64,000 nucleotides of DNA from a virus, in IMG/VR virus record IMGVR_UViG_3300045988_078724, positions 31,033 to 95,032 of that record; one strand, given 5' to 3'. The translations under genes and the position numbers were made by a program. Positions 57,944 through 64,000 of the stretch are shown piece after piece (the stretch's first letter is position 1; the number at the start of each line of letters is the position of its first letter). Under the pieces are notes generated by a model. The model ran no database searches, was not told where the DNA came from, and worked only from the letters and a program-made list of their open reading frames with translations.

Positions 57944-57975
57944 ATTGTGCCAGCATTTTGACACAATCTCAATTA
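57944..57975 (-). terminator. rho-independent terminator (minus strand)
   Basis: gagattgtg-ccagcattttga-cacaatctc 9-bp stem; on minus strand followed by ttttcgttt. Confidence 0.5.
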
Positions 57976-58030
57976 TATGGGAATAATACTAAGGAAAAGT
58001 GTAAAGTGGTATATAATTACCACAATTTAT

Positions 58031-58558
58031 TTAGAACCATATTCCACTATATTCCACTATATTTATGTTATCGAATTTTTCTTTTATAATATCCAAGACT
58101 CCGTACTCGTTTGTTATCATAACATGCTTCCCTGGCTTCATTCTCCACAGATTAAAATACCTTGTCACATTCATAGTGGCATTAAATAATGATATTTCAT
58201 ATCTTGTGTTTCCATTTTTATCACGCCCTATGTTTTTAATATAACATATGTCTGGCTTGTATTTGAAATAATTAAAAAGCCTATACCATCCCTTCCCGTT
58301 ACATGTTTCACGATTCCATATTCCAGCAAGCTTCCTATATCCCCTTACCGGTATTTTCTCTATTTCTTTTGGTACGATCTTGACATACTCTCCTTCTCCG
58401 ATTGGTATGGTCATATTACCTGCCTCTTCCGTGCAAAAGTATTCTATTTCAGATGCCATTCCTTTATACACATAGAACCGGTATAGGTTCCCGTCAGGGT
58501 CTACCCGATCCATATAGTATAATATCACTTTGTCTACTTCTATTCTTATTTTCTCCAT
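58031..58558 (-). CDS. hypothetical protein (175 aa)
   Basis: ORF. Confidence 0.5.
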   Translation of the reverse strand: MEKIRIEVDKVILYYMDRVDPDGNLYRFYVYKGMASEIEYFCTEEAGNMTIPIGEGEYVKIVPKEIEKIPVRGYRKLAGIWNRETCNGKGWYRLFNYFKYKPDICYIKNIGRDKNGNTRYEISLFNATMNVTRYFNLWRMKPGKHVMITNEYGVLDIIKEKFDNINIVEYSGIWF

Positions 58559-58635
58559 CTTTGTCCTCCTTTCTTGAATAAAAAAACGGCACCTATCTTC
58601 GCAGACCAGTGCCGGTAACTAACTTACATGGAAAA

Positions 58636-59040
58636 CTACTTAACCTCAACTAATTCTACAGAGTTGTAGAATTTAGTGAAGCTACCAACAAATTCTCTTA
58701 TATTTTTATATTCTTCTGGTCGTTTTCTGTTACCATCTTTTATGTAATTAACCCACAGTCTATCCCCTATGTTCTTAATCGCATTTTCTATAGTAAATTC
58801 GTCGCTGACACACATTAAACACGAAGATCCGGTTTTCTTATGTGGTTTATATATCCTTGAAAAAGACCACATCTTTATCCTGTCGTATATATATCCGTTG
58901 TTGGGATAAACGAATCCTATCCGGCTGTCACCTTCTTTGGCGTAAAACACACCTGGTTCCTTTCCGCCTTTCTTATACACAATAAATCCTTTTTCTTTTA
59001 AGATCTTAGCTATCTTATTTATCTTGTTCTCTACGTTCAT
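58636..59040 (-). CDS. hypothetical protein (134 aa)
   Basis: ORF. Confidence 0.5.
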   Translation of the reverse strand: MNVENKINKIAKILKEKGFIVYKKGGKEPGVFYAKEGDSRIGFVYPNNGYIYDRIKMWSFSRIYKPHKKTGSSCLMCVSDEFTIENAIKNIGDRLWVNYIKDGNRKRPEEYKNIREFVGSFTKFYNSVELVEVK

Positions 59041-59497
59041 TGTAATGCAAGTATTTAAAAACGACCCTCATTATAGTTGCGAAGTTCTCCACCTTAACCC
59101 ACTCATGAGCTACTGCTCTAAGTACGGATGTTTCGTATGTCGGAATATCGTCTTCTTCAATCACCTTACAAGAAGCCAGAACTCCTTCAGTCGGCTTTAG
59201 TCCACGGTCATGCAGCTCGCAGAGACCGTCCGGCTGGCGGAATGCGCACCACCCGTCTTTCTCTGTTGGCTGGATCATCGCTATTGGTTTTTCTTTCACT
59301 GCAAGATACCCTACCATCCACATCGTTTCTTTTAACCTGTCAGCGTATCCGGCATCTATGATAGCCTCTATGTCTTTTGGCGTACCAATACAAGGAACCT
59401 TACACATATTCTTACATTTATCACATGTACAAGGTTGCTCCCATTTGTTATGATCTATGCCTACCAACTTCTTTATCCGTTCTACTTCTTCTTTCAT
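59015..59497 (-). CDS. YkgJ/CxxCxxCC-family-like zinc/iron-chelating domain protein (tentative)
   Basis: CTCDKCKNMCKVPC cluster and DGWCAFRQPDGLCELHDRGLKP...C second cluster. Confidence 0.4.
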   Translation of the reverse strand: MKEEVERIKKLVGIDHNKWEQPCTCDKCKNMCKVPCIGTPKDIEAIIDAGYADRLKETMWMVGYLAVKEKPIAMIQPTEKDGWCAFRQPDGLCELHDRGLKPTEGVLASCKVIEEDDIPTYETSVLRAVAHEWVKVENFATIMRVVFKYLHYNERREQDK

Positions 59498-59498
59498 A

Positions 59499-59783
59499 TT
59501 ATACTATTTCTGTTAGTTTTTCATAATACAACTTCATTTCCGGTGAAGCGTATTCCATGAATGCTTCGAATAAGTAGGGTACCTCTATTATCATATTCAC
59601 ATTGCAACCTTCTGCCTGTGAAAGCGATTCAAGATCATTGCTGTACGAACACGTTACATAAGCTCCTACATTAAACACATGCAAATCTAATCTTGCATAT
59701 TCCATACATAAATCTAACGCCTTAAACAAGTTCTCTACCTCAATCTCCTGAAATAGGTTTATAAACATTCTTAAATCCATCAT
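59499..59783 (-). CDS. hypothetical protein (94 aa)
   Basis: ORF. Confidence 0.45.
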   Translation of the reverse strand: MMDLRMFINLFQEIEVENLFKALDLCMEYARLDLHVFNVGAYVTCSYSNDLESLSQAEGCNVNMIIEVPYLFEAFMEYASPEMKLYYEKLTEIV

Positions 59784-60163
59784 TTTATCACCCTTTCTAC
59801 GTGTTTAATTAATACTGCCGCCATTCCATTGCCGGTTTTTATCGCACATTCCGACCCTTTTATCCATTCTACACATCCTACATACGTTTCCGTAGCATGA
59901 AATCCGGGATTATATTTTCCAGATGTAGTGAACTCTACTGTATCCCCCACCTTCAGATCATCAAAAGCAATAGACCACGTGGTCCAAATTCTGTCATGTC
60001 TCCCAGGCTGAATGGCCCCGATTACGCCTTTTTTACGACCGTTTTTTATTGCCCTTAGTATTATCTTCCTATCACCTTCGATAAGGCTGCAAAAGCGCCC
60101 GTAAAAGGTTAAATCAACCTGTTTTCCTCCTATTTCTTCTCTTATTTTTGTTATTCTGTTCAT
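59780..60163 (-). CDS. hypothetical protein (127 aa)
   Basis: ORF. Confidence 0.45.
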   Translation of the reverse strand: MNRITKIREEIGGKQVDLTFYGRFCSLIEGDRKIILRAIKNGRKKGVIGAIQPGRHDRIWTTWSIAFDDLKVGDTVEFTTSGKYNPGFHATETYVGCVEWIKGSECAIKTGNGMAAVLIKHVERVIK

Positions 60164-60407
60164 TTTCTGATTTTGTTTTATTTTTTTCTTTGTTTTTTCT
60201 ATCTTCTATAGAAGATGATAATAACATTATCTTTTCTATGTTACTTTTTGACTGTAAAAAAGAATCGCATTTCATTACTACTACCACCTTCTTAAGTTTC
60301 CCATTATCGTATAGCGATACACGCATCATGTTTTGCACCTCGTCCACTATCAGACCTGGAGTAGTCTTAGCCATTTTGCGTAGTTTATTATACTCCGGTC
60401 TTTCCAT
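60114..60407 (-). CDS. hypothetical protein with K/N-rich low-complexity tail (97 aa)
   Basis: ORF overlapping both neighbours; doubtful. Confidence 0.3.
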   Translation of the reverse strand: MERPEYNKLRKMAKTTPGLIVDEVQNMMRVSLYDNGKLKKVVVVMKCDSFLQSKSNIEKIMLLSSSIEDRKNKEKNKTKSENEQNNKNKRRNRRKTG

Positions 60408-60699
60408 TTCCTCTGTTTATTACTCTATAGTATTTATCCTTATCCCCTTCTTCCAACTTCTCCAAGTAGAAAATTCCATCATGCAAATGAGACAAACAAA
60501 ATCTGTATCCGTATTTCTGCGTTCTTCTTACATGATCCCGCAATCTTATCTCTTCACTTTTGTCTTGTACTTTGATTTTAATACTGTCTCCTTCTTTGAT
60601 TGTGTATAAAATAGTTTGAATCTCTTCTTTTTTCATCTTATAAAATATTTTAACGGCAGCACCTATGCTCACGCACCAATACTGCCTTATGTTTAACAA
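60388..60699 (-). CDS. hypothetical protein (103 aa)
   Basis: ORF. Confidence 0.45.
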   Translation of the reverse strand: MLNIRQYWCVSIGAAVKIFYKMKKEEIQTILYTIKEGDSIKIKVQDKSEEIRLRDHVRRTQKYGYRFCLSHLHDGIFYLEKLEEGDKDKYYRVINRGNGKTGV

Positions 60700-61509
60700 T
60701 TAAATACTTAACTCTTCAATGGTCAAGCCTTTTTCTTTTGCCCATTTTAACATTGCGCATAATTCTGTTTCTGACTTATATTTCGGATCACGCCACGCCC
60801 ATCCGTATTTATCCAGAACATGGTGATATAATTCGTCGGCTTCTGCTGTATGCACGTCATTGAATAAATACTCCGAACCTTCTGGTATAAGCGTTTCTGT
60901 TGTTGCGAAATCATGATATTGTAGATAATGGAAGGCGTTCAATACTACACCATGCCACGCATCTTCAGCTACGAACCCAAATTCTTTTACAAAAGCCAAA
61001 GATAGATACATATTTAATAGCACTGCCGGATCATATCCTGAATTTGGATTCTTTTCTATTATCTCTTTCTCAAATTCCTTTAGATTTTCAGGCCCGAAAA
61101 ATATGTAACCCTGAACTGATTTATAATTTACCTCAGCATATTTTTTACACCTATCATCATCAATGATCTTACCAATGTTGGATAACATCGCCTGTCGCCA
61201 CCCATCACAGAACTCCACCTCTACCTCCATCCAATCAGTACCATAGTTATACTCTCTTGGGTGTCCGACTGATGTTACCTTTATATCTTTTACACCATAT
61301 ACTAAAAGACGTTTTTTAACCTCGTCCGCCCATTCTTGCACATAAGGCATGAACGCATTACAATAAGAATCAAAATCAAAATCCGATTCCTCTTCATATT
61401 CCGGCATCTCATCATATTTCTGTGAAAAGAAATGACGCGGGTCTGCTACTGTTTCATAAAAACTTACGTTAATGAAACAAAATTCGTTGGTTGTCGTTTT
61501 TAATATCAT
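60700..61509 (-). CDS. hypothetical protein (269 aa)
   Basis: ORF. Confidence 0.5.
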   Translation of the reverse strand: MILKTTTNEFCFINVSFYETVADPRHFFSQKYDEMPEYEEESDFDFDSYCNAFMPYVQEWADEVKKRLLVYGVKDIKVTSVGHPREYNYGTDWMEVEVEFCDGWRQAMLSNIGKIIDDDRCKKYAEVNYKSVQGYIFFGPENLKEFEKEIIEKNPNSGYDPAVLLNMYLSLAFVKEFGFVAEDAWHGVVLNAFHYLQYHDFATTETLIPEGSEYLFNDVHTAEADELYHHVLDKYGWAWRDPKYKSETELCAMLKWAKEKGLTIEELSI

Positions 61510-61760
61510 AACTTTTTGTATTTACGTACATTTTTCTTGCCATAGAATCTACACATGGCACGAATCTGACTATAAAATACTTTTGTCCTCCTGGCCTCAA
61601 AGTATTTAAACATTTCTTCATTCTTTGTTTCCCACACGTAATCCGTTTGAGAACTCATATGATTTTTATCCTTGCGTGAATAATGGTAATATGATACCAC
61701 AACTCGTTTCGCACCATTCCTTACAGGTACGATATTCACATCTATGTTATTATCTGTCAT
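61506..61760 (-). CDS. hypothetical protein (84 aa)
   Basis: ORF. Confidence 0.45.
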   Translation of the reverse strand: MTDNNIDVNIVPVRNGAKRVVVSYYHYSRKDKNHMSSQTDYVWETKNEEMFKYFEARRTKVFYSQIRAMCRFYGKKNVRKYKKL

Positions 61761-61836
61761 CTTATTATTGTTTTATGTTATTTAATGGTAATACTGATCC
61801 CATTTATGTGTCAGATGATAATTAAACATTATATTT

Positions 61837-61987
61837 GCCCTGTCTTGCGACCTCGGAAGGGCATTTCCGAGTTGGAAAGTACGGGTGATTCCAACGATTG
61901 TAAAACCGGGGGTTCCGTACGTTTGTATCCAAGAATCCCGTTTGCTTTAGCGATGGGAGTATGTCAAGCATTATACAAATACAAAGA
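61837..61987 (+). ncRNA. orphan omegaRNA-like element (TnpB-3 right-end/omegaRNA scaffold copy without nuclease gene) plus distinct candidate guide
   Basis: ~130 nt alignable to 55258-55385 incl. cggaagggcatttccga, tttgtatccaagaatccc, tttgctttagcgatgggagtatgtcaa; stem halves gcaaga/tcttgc replaced by gtacgg/ccgtac; downstream 20 nt differ. Confidence 0.5.
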
Positions 61988-62070
61988 GCGCATACCTTCA
62001 CAGGCCGGCGCTCCTTTCAATAAAAATGAAAAAACTAACATTACATAAACATATTGTTTTCTGCTCTTTA

Positions 62071-62304
62071 TTACAATACTTTTGTCCCACAATTGTTATA
62101 TCGTCCGTACTCTTTTTTCGTATCATTCAAGATTTCAAACACCATCTTCTTATGATCTTTGTTTGGTAACTTGTCTTTAACAGCCGATATCACGCTCGCT
62201 ATAGACGTAAAGCCTGAATCTGTTATTGAACACAACAACAAACCTCTGTCGTCGTCTGTGCTTATCGCTGACGCCTTTATAATATCATTCTTATATATTC
62301 TCAT
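62071..62304 (-). CDS. hypothetical protein (77 aa)
   Basis: ORF. Confidence 0.45.
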   Translation of the reverse strand: MRIYKNDIIKASAISTDDDRGLLLCSITDSGFTSIASVISAVKDKLPNKDHKKMVFEILNDTKKEYGRYNNCGTKVL

Positions 62305-62327
62305 AACTCTTTTATTTTATTGTTTGT

Positions 62328-62422
62328 GAGATACCCAGAATCGAACCAGGACCGGCACATACATACCGGCACGCCGCGTCATCCCCTCTATGATACAGAA
62401 ATAGGCATGTCTATCCTCACGA
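62328..62422 (-). tRNA. tRNA-like element (T-arm GGTTCGATTC, acceptor-like pairing, long GC hairpin resembling a type II variable arm); cloverleaf not completed by eye
   Basis: minus strand ...gccggtatgtatgtgccggtCCTGGTTCGATTCTGGGtatctcac; 5' tgaggat pairs with 3' atctca; ~93 nt; D-arm unclear. Confidence 0.3.
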
Positions 62423-62479
62423 ACCGACATGCCAAAACCCAAACTTAATTTGATGAATAAAATAGATTAACAAAAAATA

Positions 62480-62794
62480 CTATTCTAACTCTTTTATAAT
62501 ATCTTTCACAATATTCAGCCGCACCTCCTTCGTTTCTGGACTAAGACAACCAAACCACCCATAAAACGTTCTTGTTTCCTCTGGTTCTGTGGCCATACTT
62601 ATCTTCTCCTCCAATTCCGGGAAATATATTCTCACCATTTCGTCTGAACGAAACCCATAGATATTTTTATGTTTTTTGAAATACATAAACACTACATTTC
62701 TTAACGCAACACATATGTATTCCCCATCCTCTTGCCTATCAATCATCTCATATACCTTTTTCCATATGAATAATCGCTCTTCTTTTGTAAACAT
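62480..62794 (-). CDS. hypothetical protein (104 aa)
   Basis: ORF. Confidence 0.45.
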   Translation of the reverse strand: MFTKEERLFIWKKVYEMIDRQEDGEYICVALRNVVFMYFKKHKNIYGFRSDEMVRIYFPELEEKISMATEPEETRTFYGWFGCLSPETKEVRLNIVKDIIKELE

Positions 62795-62809
62795 GTCTCT
62801 CTTCGTTTT

Positions 62810-63152
62810 TTATAGTATTATTAGACTGTATGCAGACTTTTCCATGTACACAATATTATGCTCCTGTCCAAATAGCTTCTTCGCTGCCTCTTTCTTTATC
62901 GCACAATATCTCCCTGTACGATACGGATTCTTTTGATCTGATCCATCCTCGACTTCGATAATAAAACAACCTCCATCATCTATTATCTTTTTGCAATTGT
63001 CACATACTTCGCCCGTGCATATATGATGCGGCGCCTGCCCTTTAATCCCATTTCCTAATAAAGCAATCCCCATCTCTTCACCGCATACTATACATATTTC
63101 TATGGATGGATTAACTCCATACTCTGGGTGTAATACAATTCCGTCTTTCATT
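62810..63152 (-). CDS. zinc-ribbon protein (listed ORF trimmed to MKDGIVLH... after ggagg RBS-like motif)
   Basis: CIVCGEE...CTGEVCDNC; listed longer ORF would overlap the tRNA-like element. Confidence 0.45.
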
Positions 63153-63181
63153 TTTCTTTCCTCCTTTATTTTTAATATTGT

Positions 63182-63270
63182 GTGAGATCGTCGGAATCGA
63201 ACCGACCTGTTGCACCATGAATCCCATAAAGCAAATGCTCCGATCTTCGCAGACGGGAGCATTCTGTCTA
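63182..63270 (-). tRNA. tRNA-like element (perfect T-arm GTCGG-TTCGATT-CCGAC + 7-bp hairpin); non-canonical
   Basis: minus strand ...atgctcc-cgtctgcgaagatc-ggagcat...caacagGTCGGTTCGATTCCGACgatctcaca; no matching 5' acceptor strand found. Confidence 0.25.
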
Positions 63271-63485
63271 AAGCATAAGAAAATTAATGAAGAAAATTCT
63301 TCTCACGCCATAGCGTCTAAAATAGATATCAATACCATTTCAATAACGAGCATGATAGAAAATATCTTAAATGCCTTTTTCATGTTATTTCCTCCTTTTT
63401 ATTTTTACATTCCACAATAAACTGTCCTGGCTCTGCTCCGACCTACGCTCTACCTACGACCGCAGGCCTTAGCCCAAGGCGCCGC

Positions 63486-63746
63486 CTACTCCCCCTCTAT
63501 GGCAGCCTGTTCGTACCTACAACACCAGTCTCTATCTATACAACTATCACTACGCGATAACAAACATTTATCCTTATAACAATCATAAAAAATACACCTA
63601 TCACAACTGTAATCCTTAACTTCTGCACAGCTAACTACCTTAGCATATACTATACCATCACTACCTTCTATTCCTTTCACCCCAAAAATAGAACCTTCTC
63701 CCTCCTTACTCAAATCTAAGTCAGGTGCAAAATCATATACGTTCAT
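63486..63746 (-). CDS. Cys-rich small protein (86 aa)
   Basis: ORF; GGCGGCGCCT motif right after stop. Confidence 0.45.
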   Translation of the reverse strand: MNVYDFAPDLDLSKEGEGSIFGVKGIEGSDGIVYAKVVSCAEVKDYSCDRCIFYDCYKDKCLLSRSDSCIDRDWCCRYEQAAIEGE

Positions 63747-63817
63747 GTTGTTTATGTTTTAATTGTTATACATTCCGATTACTACTAATCTATAGAATAT
63801 AGTTTTCAACTCCCAAC

Positions 63818-64000
63818 CTATTGAATTTTGTAGAATAAACTCACATTATGCTGTTTTAAAGCACTGTAAGTCTTAATTTTGTAGGAAAACCCTACATAAC
63901 GCTGTTTTAAAACGCTGATCTGTTGAATTTTGTTGGAAAACCCTACATAACGCTGTTTTAAAACGCTGATCTGTTGAATTTTGTTGGAAAACCCTACATA
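63818..64000. repeat. tandem direct repeat array, 51-bp unit, >=3 copies, truncated by window end
   Basis: unit ctgttgaattttgttggaaaaccctacataacgctgttttaaaacgctgat repeated exactly 63920-63970 and 63971-64000(partial), with degenerate copies upstream; each unit has palindrome gttttaaaac flanked by acgctg direct repeats. Confidence 0.7.

Noticed and set aside
62328-63270. Confident canonical tRNA calls with anticodon/isotype
   Set aside because: T-arms are convincing but I could not close D-arm and anticodon arm for either element by eye; reported only as low-confidence tRNA-like.
63818-64000. Tandem repeats considered as a CRISPR array
   Set aside because: Units are contiguous 51-bp direct repeats with no unique spacers between them; no cas genes.
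1-64000. Alternative genetic code (TAG or TGA reassignment as in some crAss-like/Lak phages)
   Set aside because: All large ORFs, including the 5.6-kb and 6.4-kb ones, are uninterrupted under the standard code; only one same-frame TGA junction (13730) was noted separately.

Overview
AT-rich (~35-38% GC by eye) double-stranded DNA phage segment. A Bacteroidales-type -7 promoter motif (TAnnTTTG) and overall gene content suggest a Bacteroidales-infecting, possibly crAss-like, phage. Phage identity, host and the crAss-like affinity are inference, not established. Two gene blocks converge at a 15-bp perfect hairpin near 27.15 kb. The plus-strand block (1-27.1 kb) holds two giant ORFs (>1850 aa, partial at the window start, and 2140 aa), a Bro-N antirepressor-like gene, a cluster of low-complexity proteins (Gly/Trp-rich, Q/N- and Cys-rich, RGG-rich), a Tad2/DUF2829-like fusion protein and a candidate phase-variable gene behind a G9 tract. 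The minus-strand block (27.2-63.7 kb) is replication/recombination and accessory. It holds an SF2 helicase, a Cas4-like 4Fe-4S nuclease, a DnaB-like helicase, a zinc-ribbon/TOPRIM primase, a flotillin (SPFH) plus NfeD pair, a compact ABC ATPase with an unknown partner, a Dam methyltransferase, a minimal CCA/polyA-family nucleotidyltransferase, KilA-N, and tandem paralogs. Three diverged IS200/IS605-type TnpB genes lacking a tnpA gene are present (6.0-7.3 kb minus, 17.1-18.3 kb plus, 54.2-55.4 kb plus). A fourth, gene-less copy of the TnpB-3 right end / omegaRNA scaffold lies at 61.84-61.97 kb with compensatory stem changes and a different guide. Two tRNA-like T-arm elements, GC-rich 3' UTR motifs and a 51-bp tandem repeat array running off the window end are also present. 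No capsid, terminase, integrase, CRISPR array or rRNA was recognised.
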